A stretch of 64,000 nt of DNA from an uncultured Pirellulales bacterium (GCA_964445985.1 CAYUMU010000009.1:27954-91953); one strand, 5' to 3'. Positions 30,252 through 40,341 are shown, numbered from the stretch's first letter. Numbers and translations are program-made. The notes: generated from the letters alone by a model not told the origin.

Positions 30252-30974
30252 ATGCAATTCCTCGCCTGTACGCTCGAAACGCCCGCAGCCAACCTGGCCT
30301 TGGATGAAGCCCTGTTGGGCGTGGCAGAAACCGGCGACGAGCCGCGAGACGTGTTGCGGATTTGGGAGTCGCGACAGCCGATGGTGGTGGTGGGCCGAGC
30401 CACGCGGCTCGAAGAAGAAGTGAAGGTCGACACCTGCCGGGAGTTGGGAATTCCCGTGTTGCGGCGAACCAGCGGCGGGGCTGCCATCGTGGCGGGGCCA
30501 GGCTGTTTGATGTATTCGGTGGTGCTGAGCTACGAGTTGCATCCCGAAGTGCAGGCCATCGATCGGGCTCACGGGTTTGTGCTGGAACGGGTGATATCCG
30601 CCCTGCGGCAACTGAATTTTCCCGCCCAGCGCGACGGCACGTGCGACGTGGTGGTGCACGGTCGCAAGGTTTCGGGCAATAGCTGCCGCTGCCGCCGCCG
30701 AGCGCTGCTGTACCATGGCACATTGCTGTACGCCTATCCATTGAGCCTGATTTCCACCTGCTTGAAAATGCCTCCCCGGCAGCCCGACTATCGCCTCCGC
30801 CGGCCTCACGACGACTTTGTGGGCAACCTCACGGGCGTCACGCCGCGGCAGTTAGAAGACAGTTTGCGAACCGCCTTCGGGGCGATTGAAATTCTGCCCT
30901 CGTGGTCGCGCGAGGCGGTGAATGAACTGGTGGCCGAGAAGTTCGAGAACCCGGAATGGAACCTTTTGCGATAG
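30252..30974 (+). CDS. Biotin/lipoate A/B protein ligase family protein (lipoate-protein ligase-like)
   Basis: NLALDEALL, RIWESRQPMVVVGR, VLRRTSGGAAIVAGPGCLMYSVVL, GRKVSGNS. Trimmed to ATG 30252. Confidence 0.8.
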   Translation: MQFLACTLETPAANLALDEALLGVAETGDEPRDVLRIWESRQPMVVVGRATRLEEEVKVDTCRELGIPVLRRTSGGAAIVAGPGCLMYSVVLSYELHPEVQAIDRAHGFVLERVISALRQLNFPAQRDGTCDVVVHGRKVSGNSCRCRRRALLYHGTLLYAYPLSLISTCLKMPPRQPDYRLRRPHDDFVGNLTGVTPRQLEDSLRTAFGAIEILPSWSREAVNELVAEKFENPEWNLLR

Positions 30975-31110
30975 CAGTGCCGTCGCTGCCATTGGCATTG
31001 CCTTGGTTCGCCGTTCGCGCGTACTATTCCCCTCGCGACATTCTCAGAGGGGCGATTCGTGGATTTCGCGAACGCTTGTCCGGCGACCGATCAAGCATAA
31101 GGAATGAACC

Positions 31111-32256
31111 ATGCTCGCGCAGAAATACGATCTCTGGTTGGCGCTCGCCGTGGTGGTAGGGCTTGCCAGCCCACTGGCTGCGCAAGACTTTCAATCGCCT
31201 TCGGCTCAGCCGTATCAGCCCTATCCGGTTTACCAACCAATGCCTGCCGCGGCGGTGCTTTCGCCGCAGACGGCCACGATTCAATCGGCGACCCAGGTGT
31301 TGACGGACGTCACGGCGATTCCGGAAGGGGGCATCCCCGGGAATCTGATTGCGAAGGCGCATGCCGTGGCGATCATACCCGGCGTGATCAAGGTGGGCTT
31401 CATCGCCGGCGTGCGGCATGGCCATGGTGTGATTATGGTGCGCGATGCCCAAGGCGCCTGGAGCGCTCCGCAGTTTGTGTCGCTGACCGGCGGCAGTATC
31501 GGCTTTCAGGCCGGCGCGCAGTCGACCGATGTGGTGCTGGTTTTCAAGAGCCCTGAAACCGTGGCCGCCATGTTGCGGGGTAAGATCACGCTGGGGGCCG
31601 ATGCCGCCGTGGCTGCTGGCCCCGTGGGCCGCCGCGCCGAAGCCGCCACCGACTTGCAGCTCAAAGCCGAAATCTTTTCTTACTCGCGCAGCCGGGGCCT
31701 GTTTGCCGGCGTGTCGCTCGATGGGGCCTCGCTCAAGACCAACGCCGAAGAAACCACGGCCTACTATGCCGCGGGCGTGCCCGAGGCTTCGCTCCAACTG
31801 GTGGAACTGGTCACCAAGTTGGCGCAAGCAGGAACGCCGCAACCGGCGATGGAAGGGGGCGCTCAATTGGTGCCCGTGCCCAGTCAACCTGTGGTCGAAG
31901 CGCCTGGCGTGGTGCTGGAACAACCCAACATGGCGCCGGTTCAGACGCCTTCGGCCGTGCAGCAACTCGGCGGAAGCTGGCAGAATTTGGCAGGCAAACT
32001 CGACGACCAGTGGCGAAACTACCTGGCCCTGCCGCCCGACGTGTTCGCTCCCGGCGCCGCCCCCAGCGTGGAATCGCTGGCCAAGTCGCTGCAAAATTAC
32101 GAAAGCGTGGCCGCCAACCCGCAGTATCGCGCTTTGGCGGAAATACCAGAATTCCAAACCACGCTGCAACTGTTGCGCGGCAGTATTGTGGAACGCGTGA
32201 AGGCGCCCATTGCTGGTTCCGGCCTGCCGATGCTGCCTCCTCCGCCGCGGCAATAA
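31111..32256 (+). CDS. Secreted SYLF (Ysc84/DUF500) lipid-binding domain protein with Pro/Ala-rich C-terminus
   Basis: AHAVAIIPGVIKVGFIAGVRHGHGVIMVRD..SLTGGSIGFQAGAQSTDVVLVF..GADAAVAAGPVGR..FSYSRSRGLFAGVSLDGA. Confidence 0.85.
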   Translation: MLAQKYDLWLALAVVVGLASPLAAQDFQSPSAQPYQPYPVYQPMPAAAVLSPQTATIQSATQVLTDVTAIPEGGIPGNLIAKAHAVAIIPGVIKVGFIAGVRHGHGVIMVRDAQGAWSAPQFVSLTGGSIGFQAGAQSTDVVLVFKSPETVAAMLRGKITLGADAAVAAGPVGRRAEAATDLQLKAEIFSYSRSRGLFAGVSLDGASLKTNAEETTAYYAAGVPEASLQLVELVTKLAQAGTPQPAMEGGAQLVPVPSQPVVEAPGVVLEQPNMAPVQTPSAVQQLGGSWQNLAGKLDDQWRNYLALPPDVFAPGAAPSVESLAKSLQNYESVAANPQYRALAEIPEFQTTLQLLRGSIVERVKAPIAGSGLPMLPPPPRQ

Positions 32257-32292
32257 TTGCCGTAGGGTGATGATGGTGGGCCGCTGGGGACG

Positions 32293-33720
32293 TTAGCCTT
32301 GTGGCTTGGCGACAAGCAGTTTTTCGTCGCCCGGTTCAAAGGTGTCGGGCTGCGGCGTGTCGGCGGTGATGCGTTTCCACGATTTGCCGTTCTCGCGGAA
32401 CTTGCGGAAGTCCACCGCCTGGTAAGCCACGTTCAGATGCGGGGTTTCCACCGCTTTGCCCGCGGCGTGCGACTGCATGGCCGCCTGGAGCGCCCCGCTC
32501 ACCAGCAGCGTGCGCTCCACCGGGTACGGCGGCTGGCCGGTCTTGAACATGTGCTGGATGGAGTGCGAGAGGGCCTTGAACAGGCAGCGGTTACCCCAAG
32601 GGCCGTTGAACAGGGCCGTGGCGACCGGCTGTTCCTGGCCTCGCAGTTTCAAGGCAATATCCCAGCGATCGCTGGAACTTCCATACTTGAGGACGGTGGC
32701 GCGAAAACCGTCGCGATAGGTCACCACCAGGGCGTGATTGCCGGGGTTGTTGACATCCGAGGCCGGATGGCGCGGGATGTTGCGGCGGATGGGCCGGTCT
32801 TGTCGCACCACGTCCATCTTCTGCTCGGCTGTCAGCGCGGCTTCCACCAAAGCCTGGGGCCAGGTGTTGCTTTGCAGGGCTGCCTGGAAGCGGTCGCCGG
32901 TCAGCATTTCAATCCTGGCGATGCCCGTTTCGCCCCCGGCGCGCAATTCCACAAAAGACTGCAAGAGTTCCAATCCGTGGAAGTCGTACGATTCCATGCC
33001 GCCGCCATGAATGGCCACGGCCTCTTCAATCTGGCTGCCGGGCGGAAGATTCAGCTTGGGCCGCCGCTCCGCGAGCGGCACCGAACTGCCAGCCAACAGC
33101 GGGATGTGCAGCCGCCGCGCGGTATCGTACATTTCCTTGGCCCAATCCCAACGATACGACAGATGCTTGTCGTTGAAGATCGGCGCGCCGCGGCCCGACT
33201 GCTCCATCACGGCCACGATCTGATCGAAGAATTCTTTGCGAGGGTACATCCGCTGCCCGAGCTCGTTGTCGGGGTAATCGCCGTGCTCTCCGATCAGCAG
33301 CACGCCATCCACGGCCAGCGACTTCCCGCCGCAAGCCACGGCCCCGGCAATCGAATCGTAGAGCGGGATCTCGAACTTCTTGGAGATTTCCCGAGCCATG
33401 TCGTTGCCGGGAAACTGGTCCGCGTAAAACGAAACCACATCGCAGCCGGGGTCGACCAGTTCCCCGCTAAACAGGTACGGCTCGATAAAGTTTTCCAGAA
33501 TGTTGTAGGCGTGCGAGCGGAAGCGCAGTTCGGTGAAAACGGCCGCGATTTTGGGGCGACGGTTGGCTTTACTCGGTGTGGGTTTGCTTTCTTTCGCTTC
33601 CAGACCAAGGCCGCCGCAAGTCGACCAACCGGCCACCACCGCCGCCGCGCTGCCGGTTTGGGTTAAGAACTGTCGCCGGGTGGAGTTGCCGCCATGGTTG
33701 TCGGGATGGGAGTGACTCAT
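32293..33720 (-). CDS. Tat-signal exported protein, function unknown
   Basis: MSHSHPDNHGGNSTRRQFLTQTGSAAAVVAGW (twin-arginine motif). Trimmed to ATG 33720. The upstream part of track ORF 33972 is just the translated heptad repeat. Confidence 0.7.
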   Translation of the reverse strand: MSHSHPDNHGGNSTRRQFLTQTGSAAAVVAGWSTCGGLGLEAKESKPTPSKANRRPKIAAVFTELRFRSHAYNILENFIEPYLFSGELVDPGCDVVSFYADQFPGNDMAREISKKFEIPLYDSIAGAVACGGKSLAVDGVLLIGEHGDYPDNELGQRMYPRKEFFDQIVAVMEQSGRGAPIFNDKHLSYRWDWAKEMYDTARRLHIPLLAGSSVPLAERRPKLNLPPGSQIEEAVAIHGGGMESYDFHGLELLQSFVELRAGGETGIARIEMLTGDRFQAALQSNTWPQALVEAALTAEQKMDVVRQDRPIRRNIPRHPASDVNNPGNHALVVTYRDGFRATVLKYGSSSDRWDIALKLRGQEQPVATALFNGPWGNRCLFKALSHSIQHMFKTGQPPYPVERTLLVSGALQAAMQSHAAGKAVETPHLNVAYQAVDFRKFRENGKSWKRITADTPQPDTFEPGDEKLLVAKPQG

Positions 33721-33828
33721 GGTGGGGGAGTGGCTCCTGGTGCGGATGCGGTTGGTGCGGAGGGAAGACCGGCTGGGAAGACGACCCGAGTATAGGCCGG
33801 GCGGGTGGGCCAAACCACATAAAGTTGG

Positions 33829-33891
33829 TGGCTGGTAGCTAGTGGCTGGTAGCTGGTTGCTGGTGGTTGGTAGCTGGTAGCTGGTGGCTGG
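33829..33891. repeat. Heptanucleotide tandem repeat, 9 units, consensus TNGCTGG
   Basis: tggctgg tagctag tggctgg tagctgg ttgctgg tggttgg tagctgg tagctgg tggctgg, in a divergent intergenic region. Confidence 0.85.
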
Positions 33892-34059
33892 CGGGGTTTG
33901 GCTTTCCAATTTCTGGCGAGAGGCCCATGTTGAGGCCAGATAGTGAGGAGCTTTCTCTTGAGTGGAGCCCACGGCGGGGGATAAAATTTGCTAACGCCTA
34001 TGCCTACGGCCTCGCCACCCTTGTCGGTTCCGTTATTCCCTTGGAATGCCTTCCCCGTC

Positions 34060-34932
34060 ATGCTCTCGTCGATTGAACAGATTGAAAGCGTCATTGCCAA
34101 CTATCAGAAGGCAACCGAAGCCAATCGCAACACGCCTGGTCGCGTGGGCAATGTGGTGGAGATCACCCCTGAGTTGGCCGACGAGGTGATGATCACGGCC
34201 GACCTCCATGGCAACCGCCGCAACTTTATCGCCATCCGCCGGCTGGCCGCGCTGGAGAAGAACCCGCGACGGCACTTAATCATGCACGAGGTTTGCCACG
34301 GGGGCCCCACTTACCCTGGCAATGGCGGCTGCATGTCGCACGGCATGCTCGAAGACGTGGCCCAAATGAAGGCCGATTTTCCGCGGCAGGTCCACTTCAT
34401 TTTGAGCAATCACGAGTTGGCCGAACTCACGGACTACCCGATTCTCAAACAAAAGAAGATGCTCAACCTGCTGTTCCGGCTTGGCATGCAAGAGGCTTAC
34501 GGGCCGGCCGCCGATAAAGTGCGCGAGGCTTCGCTGCCGTTTTTGAAGAGCTGCCCCCTGGCAGTGCGTCTGCCCGGCAAGGTGGTGGTTTGCCACAGCG
34601 CGCCGGCCAACTTCGACGCCCAGCGATTCGATACGAGCATTTTCGACCGGCCGCTGGGACCTGAGGATTACATCGAACACGGAGACGTGTTCAATCTGGT
34701 GTGGGGGCGCGACTACCGACCAGAGAACGCGGCGGCCTTTGCCAAAGCCATCGACGCCGAAGTGCTGATCCACGGCCATGAGCCTTGCCCCGAAGGCTAC
34801 CAGGTGCCTAATGACAAGCAGATCATCATCGATTGCTGCGGGGCCAAGGCCAGCTATTTGATGGTGCCAACGGATCGGGCGTTTACGCACGCCGAGTTGG
34901 TGAAACGGATTACGGCGTTGCCGACTTCTTAG
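34060..34932 (+). CDS. Calcineurin-like metallophosphoesterase (PPP-type phosphatase-like)
   Basis: ITADLHGN, ILSNHE, VVVCHSAP, LIHGHEP motifs. Trimmed to ATG 34060. Confidence 0.8.
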   Translation: MLSSIEQIESVIANYQKATEANRNTPGRVGNVVEITPELADEVMITADLHGNRRNFIAIRRLAALEKNPRRHLIMHEVCHGGPTYPGNGGCMSHGMLEDVAQMKADFPRQVHFILSNHELAELTDYPILKQKKMLNLLFRLGMQEAYGPAADKVREASLPFLKSCPLAVRLPGKVVVCHSAPANFDAQRFDTSIFDRPLGPEDYIEHGDVFNLVWGRDYRPENAAAFAKAIDAEVLIHGHEPCPEGYQVPNDKQIIIDCCGAKASYLMVPTDRAFTHAELVKRITALPTS

Positions 34933-34935
34933 GCT

Positions 34936-37900
34936 CTAAGGCGCTGCCGACGGCGCCCAAATGTGCAGTCGATCACGATCCAATATGGCCAATGCTTTGC
35001 CCTCGCCGAGCACCGCCAATTTGGGCGTGCTGGCGACAGGCACTTCCGCGAGCAACTTGCCGGTATTGAGATTCCAGAGCGTTACCTGGGGCGTAGGGAC
35101 GGAGTTGTACCCCGCGAAGAGTTGCGAGGCAGGATCGTAGGTGGCAGTGTACAGCGGCGGTAGTCTCTTTCGCAGATTGTCGCTCAGCAAACGGATTTGG
35201 GAACTTCTGGTATCGAGTACGCCCACGCCGGTGTTGGTGAGCACGACGATGCCGCTGCCGTCTTTGGTAAAACCGATCGGGCGACAGGGCCAATTCATGG
35301 TTTGCTCGGCGCCCGTTTTCAGATGGATCAGGCGACACACGGAAGTGCGGTCGGTCATTTGAACCGACAAGGGAATCAGCACCTGGTCGCCATCGGGGTG
35401 GAAGATAAGCTCCCTGCCGTTGGTCGTGGCATCGAGATTGAAGGTGCGTTTCCGCTCAAGGCTGGGCAACTCAAAAACGGACAGGGCCTTTTGTGCGCGC
35501 GATAGCAGGAACTTGCCATCAAGCGAGAAGCCCAGGTTCCCCGCATATTCCACGGCCGCAACCACGCCCAAGTGGCCCTTGCCGCGCATATCCACGACAT
35601 TAATGGCCCCGGCGCTGTTCCATGCCAGCAGGTTGCCATCGGCCGACATGGCTGGCGCCGTGAGCGAATTGACCGGGGGCGTGAATTCCCAGAACTTTTT
35701 GCCGTCTCCTATGTCGTAGGCGGCAACCTTCGATTCGAGCCAGCTAAACATGGCCAACGAATCACCCGAGGAAGTGATGATGTAGTTGCTCCAGTAGCGG
35801 GTGGGAGTTCCCGCGCGCACCCACGGTTTGGCGAGGGAGGCCGGCGTGACCGGCGCGCGCTGACCCAGGGGTAAGGTCTCGGGCAATCCCGCTGCTTGAA
35901 CGGGCGACCATTCGGCGGCGAAAATTTGCCCATGGTGCGACTTTCCCGAGGAGTCGGTCAGCACATTGCCCGAGCCATCGTCGCAGTGATAGAGCGCCAG
36001 GGTTTGTGGATCGGCCTCGAACCGGGGCTGGGGAGTAAAATCACTGGAGTACCGGGCGACGCTGGAAATACGAATCTCGTCGATATTTCCACGAAAGTGA
36101 TCGCTGAGTTGCGGCACCGAAGCCGCGCCGATCAAGAACTGATTGAACGCCAGGGCATTGCTGTTGCGCGGCGCGGTTGCGACCCGCTTGCCGTTGACGA
36201 ACAGCCGCAGCTCTTCGTCGGCCCAAACTCCAGCGATATGTTGCCATCCCCGCAAAGTCATTGCCGCGGCAGCCATGGATTGCCAACTGCCATTCTCAAG
36301 AACATGACCACAGCGCCACTCCGTCGATTCTTGTCCGCCCAGGTAAACGCCCGGACCCATTACAATGGCGCCGCGGTTGGCCGAGTGCCGCGACGGCAGC
36401 ACATAGGCTTCGATCGTGAGCGGACCCTTGGTAGGGATCTTGAAATTGGGGACGCTGACGTAGCCCCGGTTTAAGAGTTCAAGGCTGTAGTTAACCTGGC
36501 CTGGGGCGCCGGCCGAAACGAACCAAGTCTCGCCCGATTGGGAACCGATGCCAGAAGATACGGGGAGTTGAGGTGAATTGGGAATGGGGGTGGACGACGC
36601 GATGCTGACAGAGCCCGTTTGATTACTTGCATCCGACTTGATTGCAACCAACGCCACGCGGAAACCCAGGCAGCGATTTCGGAAGGTTGGTTCAATGCCA
36701 TCGCGAAAACTACAAGTGCAAGCGTCGGCGCCGTCTGACCAACATCCACCCCGGCGCACGCGTTTCTCACCTATCGCCGTAGTTTCAGGATCTATTCCTC
36801 CGGCTAACGATCCTCTAAGCCAATCACGGCACCATTCACGCAGGTTACCGTGCATGTCGAAAATTCCCCACGGATTGGGACGCTTCTGACCTACCTGGTG
36901 CGGAAAGGGTTGCCCGCCGAGAAGTGCGTTTTGTTTGTACCACGCATATTGGTCCAACTGAGATTCGTCGGAGAAGGAGTATGTGCTAGTGGTGTGTGCC
37001 CGACAGGCGTATTCCCATTGTGCTTCGGTCGGAAGCGCGTATTTCCAGCCCAATGGTAGTCGGCTGGCGGCGCGTTCCGTTTCTGTCAACTTGTTGCAAA
37101 ACTCGGTGGCATCTTCGTAGCTCACAAAGCTTGCGGGGTAGTCGGAGCCTTGCGGTACAGAGGAATCTGCTCTCCAAGGCTCAGTTCCAATCACAGCTTG
37201 CCACTGGCTTTGGGTGACTTCGGTTTTACCAACCCAAAAGCCTGACGAAAGCGTGACATCGACCGCACTCGTGCGATCACCCATCTTAAATGAGCCGGGA
37301 GGGCACCAAACCATTTTTAGCTGCAAAGAATTGTCGTCCCGCTCGTCACCCGCAGCCGAACCGTGGATGGATGGTGGTTGTGTTGATGAACCAGCTCGCG
37401 GTTGGGTCAACTCTGGAGGAAGGTCGTTCAGATCGATGGTGAAAATCAAAGACCCGTCGGCGGCGACGGTGCGAACGCTCGTTGGCGGCGCGGTTGGCGT
37501 GGTTGGCATAGGGGGCGTGACTGGCGTGCCGCCGGGAGTCGAAGGTGTGCCGCCCGGTGTCGAAGGAGTCGAAGGCGTGCCACCGGGGGTGACGGGCGTG
37601 CCTGGGCCGGGGTTGTTCTCGGCCACCTGCTTGGGCTGGAGCGACACCTTCAGCAGTTCTTCCCCACCTTTGCTGATCGTGAGGTTTTGGCTATGGATGG
37701 TGAAGCCATCTTTGGTCACGGTGATCTGTTTGCTGCCCGGCTTGACGCTGAGTTGCACCTTTTTTTGCCCCGAGGCGTCGGTGATTTCGACCGTGCCCTG
37801 GTCGTCGAGCACTTTGACCACCGCGCCGGGCTCGTTGACTTCCACGACCAAGGTGCCTTCGCTAGTTGGCAGCAGGAACACCACGGCTGCCGCCGCGATC

Positions 37901-39234
37901 GCTGCCAGTATCACCAGTCCCCCCACGATGGGCAGCCACGAGCCCCGCGACTTGCGGTAGGCGACCGAAACGGGCGTGTGTTCGGCATGGATTTGCGGCT
38001 GTGGGACCAACTCCGCGGTCAGCATTTGGCTGTGGTCGGTGGAGTCGCCCATGCTGGCCAGGGTGTTGTCGGGATGGGCGCCGTGAACTTGAGGCGGCGA
38101 TTGCAACCGCGGCTGAGCCAAACCGCTCAGGGAGGGCATCGACAGACCGCTGCCCGAAAGCGAATCGGCGTTCCAGCCTTCCAAGACCGACACACCGGGG
38201 TCGATGGGGGGCGGCCCGCTGGGGGCGGCGCACGTTTCCAAAGCAGCGATCAGCTCCGTCATATTCGCGAAGCGACCGTCGGGCGACTTGGCCACCATGC
38301 GGGTAAAAATAGCTTCTAGCCCGGGGCTGACATCGGGGCGAACTGCCCGAAGCGACGGGATCGGCCGCTCGCGATGGGCAATGAGGGTTTCGACCAGGGT
38401 AGAGCCCTCGTAGGCCGGCCGGCCGGTGAGCAAAAACCAGAGCGTCATCCCCAGGCTGTAGATATCGGAGCGGGCGTCGGTGTTTTTGGTGTTGAGCGAT
38501 TGCTCGGGCGCCATGTAATTGACGGTGCCCATGATCTGGCCGCTCTCGGTCAGGTCGGCATCGCCGGTGGCGTCGAGCCGGGCCATGCCCAGGTCAAGGA
38601 TGCGGACAACCCCGTGGCGGTCGAGCAGCAAATTGGCCGGCTTGATATCGCGGTGAATCACGCCCTGCGAGTGGGCGTAGGCCAGGCCCTTGGCGGCCTG
38701 CATCACACAATCCGCGGCTTCGGCCGGCGGCAAGGGACCCTTTTGGGCAACCAACTGCGCCAGGTCGGCCCCCTCCACGAACTCCATTACCAAAAAGTGG
38801 GTTTGATTGACTTCGTCGGCATCGTAGGCGGTGACAATATTGGGGTGCGTAAGCCGCGCGGCCGCTTTCACTTCACGATGAAACCGCTCGATGGCCCCGG
38901 GCGTTTTCACCACGCGAGAAAACAACACCTTCAGGGCGACAATCCGATCCATCCGCCGGTGACAGGCTTTGAGCACCATGCCCATGCCCCCCTGGCCCAG
39001 TTTGTCCATCACCACATAATTGCCAAGAACCAGATTGGCCCCCTTGCCCTGGTACACGGCCTTGGCCTGATAGGGAGTGAGCTTGCCGAGCCGGATCAGC
39101 TCTTTGGCCAGCGCCGTGGGATCTTTGGGCCGCTGCTCGGGCGGCATGCCCTCGATAACGGCGGTGAGCTCGGCCTGGGGAAGGAGCCCGCACTCGGTGA
39201 GTTGGGCCATGAATTGTTCGAGCGAAACTTGCAT
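34936..39234 (-). CDS. Giant membrane Ser/Thr kinase: kinase - TM - Pro/Thr linker - FGE-sulfatase (SUMF1) domain - LamG/ConA-like domain - beta-propeller
   Basis: HRDIKPANLLL, DLGMAR, YMAPEQ. TM WLPIVGGLVILAAIAAAAVVFLL. FGE-sulfatase MVWCPPGSFKMG..WGIFDMHGNLREWC..RVRRGGCW. LamG ..IDEIRISSVARY. C-terminal WD40-like repeats. Trimmed to ATG 39234. Confidence 0.9.
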   Translation of the reverse strand: MQVSLEQFMAQLTECGLLPQAELTAVIEGMPPEQRPKDPTALAKELIRLGKLTPYQAKAVYQGKGANLVLGNYVVMDKLGQGGMGMVLKACHRRMDRIVALKVLFSRVVKTPGAIERFHREVKAAARLTHPNIVTAYDADEVNQTHFLVMEFVEGADLAQLVAQKGPLPPAEAADCVMQAAKGLAYAHSQGVIHRDIKPANLLLDRHGVVRILDLGMARLDATGDADLTESGQIMGTVNYMAPEQSLNTKNTDARSDIYSLGMTLWFLLTGRPAYEGSTLVETLIAHRERPIPSLRAVRPDVSPGLEAIFTRMVAKSPDGRFANMTELIAALETCAAPSGPPPIDPGVSVLEGWNADSLSGSGLSMPSLSGLAQPRLQSPPQVHGAHPDNTLASMGDSTDHSQMLTAELVPQPQIHAEHTPVSVAYRKSRGSWLPIVGGLVILAAIAAAAVVFLLPTSEGTLVVEVNEPGAVVKVLDDQGTVEITDASGQKKVQLSVKPGSKQITVTKDGFTIHSQNLTISKGGEELLKVSLQPKQVAENNPGPGTPVTPGGTPSTPSTPGGTPSTPGGTPVTPPMPTTPTAPPTSVRTVAADGSLIFTIDLNDLPPELTQPRAGSSTQPPSIHGSAAGDERDDNSLQLKMVWCPPGSFKMGDRTSAVDVTLSSGFWVGKTEVTQSQWQAVIGTEPWRADSSVPQGSDYPASFVSYEDATEFCNKLTETERAASRLPLGWKYALPTEAQWEYACRAHTTSTYSFSDESQLDQYAWYKQNALLGGQPFPHQVGQKRPNPWGIFDMHGNLREWCRDWLRGSLAGGIDPETTAIGEKRVRRGGCWSDGADACTCSFRDGIEPTFRNRCLGFRVALVAIKSDASNQTGSVSIASSTPIPNSPQLPVSSGIGSQSGETWFVSAGAPGQVNYSLELLNRGYVSVPNFKIPTKGPLTIEAYVLPSRHSANRGAIVMGPGVYLGGQESTEWRCGHVLENGSWQSMAAAAMTLRGWQHIAGVWADEELRLFVNGKRVATAPRNSNALAFNQFLIGAASVPQLSDHFRGNIDEIRISSVARYSSDFTPQPRFEADPQTLALYHCDDGSGNVLTDSSGKSHHGQIFAAEWSPVQAAGLPETLPLGQRAPVTPASLAKPWVRAGTPTRYWSNYIITSSGDSLAMFSWLESKVAAYDIGDGKKFWEFTPPVNSLTAPAMSADGNLLAWNSAGAINVVDMRGKGHLGVVAAVEYAGNLGFSLDGKFLLSRAQKALSVFELPSLERKRTFNLDATTNGRELIFHPDGDQVLIPLSVQMTDRTSVCRLIHLKTGAEQTMNWPCRPIGFTKDGSGIVVLTNTGVGVLDTRSSQIRLLSDNLRKRLPPLYTATYDPASQLFAGYNSVPTPQVTLWNLNTGKLLAEVPVASTPKLAVLGEGKALAILDRDRLHIWAPSAAP

Positions 39235-39484
39235 GGGACTGCCCTGACTTCGTGAGGTGGACGTTCGGGGCATTGTAACAAGAAACGGGGGGTAACCGCA
39301 CGTTATTTGGGGGGTGAGCACGGCGTCCGGTCAAATTCCCTCAAACAAGACCCCGACGAGGGCCGTTACAAACCGTGAAATCGCCAGGGCCGGTCGTAGC
39401 TGGCGGCAGGTCGCGGCAGAAAATTTCGAGGCACTTGCAACGTTCAAAGCGTGGCGTATAATTTCCCATCTCACCCAATTAATT

Positions 39485-39558
<74 letters not shown>

Positions 39559-39564
39559 TTTGTA

Positions 39565-39600
39565 ACGCTCGTTGTCAGCAGTAGACAGCGAGCGTTTTTT
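39565..39600 (+). terminator. Rho-independent terminator after tRNA-Asp
   Basis: 12-bp stem acgctcgttgtc / gacagcgagcgt (one G-U pair), loop agcagta, then a T run. Confidence 0.8.
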
Positions 39601-39731
39601 CGTATCTTCAGCGCACTTCCGCCCACCGCTCGGTGACTGGGGTTTGACTCTCTCCCTGCGGGCGAGCATCCTGCAGGGCAGCACCGTCGGTTAAGTGGAC
39701 TTCCACAAACTTTACGGAAGGAAGGGCTAAC

Positions 39732-40223
39732 GTGAGTTTTGACCTTTTTTACATGTCGAGTCACTTTGGAAGCGAGCCAGTTGAACAAAAGAACGTCTGG
39801 ACTGGCGAAGTGCAAAAGTTCCGGCCCAGTTTGCCCCTGACCCCAGACGAACTTTCTGCCGTTCAAAATTTGCTGCGTGAATCCGCGCCAACTGGGCCAG
39901 GCGACGAGGGTTGCTACGTCGTGACGCTTCCCAATGGCGGCGTTGCGGAAGTGTTTGGCGACGATTTGAGCCGCGGTTTCATGGTTGCGGTTCGAGGTGA
40001 GTTCTCTCCGGCTTTCCTCGAGTTACTGTACCGCCTATTGAAAGACGGCAACTTGCTTTTGCGTCCTGCCATGGAGGACGCGGTGACGATTGGAGCGAAC
40101 GAAAGCAGCTTTGACGAGATCCCGGACGACATGCCGCAAAAGGTCGTCTGCAATTCAGGCAAAGAACTGGGGGTGCTGCTGTCCAACGGACTCGATTCGC
40201 CACGAACTTGCCAGCGTCGATAA
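39732..40223 (+). CDS. Hypothetical protein
   Basis: 163-aa ORF (GTG start) with balanced composition and no competing ORF. Confidence 0.5.
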   Translation: MSFDLFYMSSHFGSEPVEQKNVWTGEVQKFRPSLPLTPDELSAVQNLLRESAPTGPGDEGCYVVTLPNGGVAEVFGDDLSRGFMVAVRGEFSPAFLELLYRLLKDGNLLLRPAMEDAVTIGANESSFDEIPDDMPQKVVCNSGKELGVLLSNGLDSPRTCQRR

Positions 40224-40341
40224 CGCCCGCCCTTAGGGTACTGGGCGAACCTCGCATGCACCAACGTACGCAGATGGATTGTTCGAGCGGTTTTCGGGCG
40301 ATGATTTTGGCGTTTAGCGAGTCCCGGGCGGGCAGGTCCGG

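Noticed and set aside
28802-30487. Full-length versions of several long track ORFs (28802..30487, 29844..30974, 25787..26974, 21526..22920, 32293..33972, 27766..28779).
   Set aside because: Their N-terminal extensions overlap neighbouring genes, run through a terminator (purU) or are translated heptad repeats (Tat protein). Internal starts give products that begin at the recognisable domain or signal peptide, so they were trimmed.
37490-37625. Near-tandem DNA repeats (ggtgtgccgcccggtgtcgaagg-like) considered as a non-coding repeat element.
   Set aside because: They encode the GTPSTP/GTPVTP Pro/Thr-rich linker of the giant kinase in frame. This is a low-complexity coding region, not an independent element.
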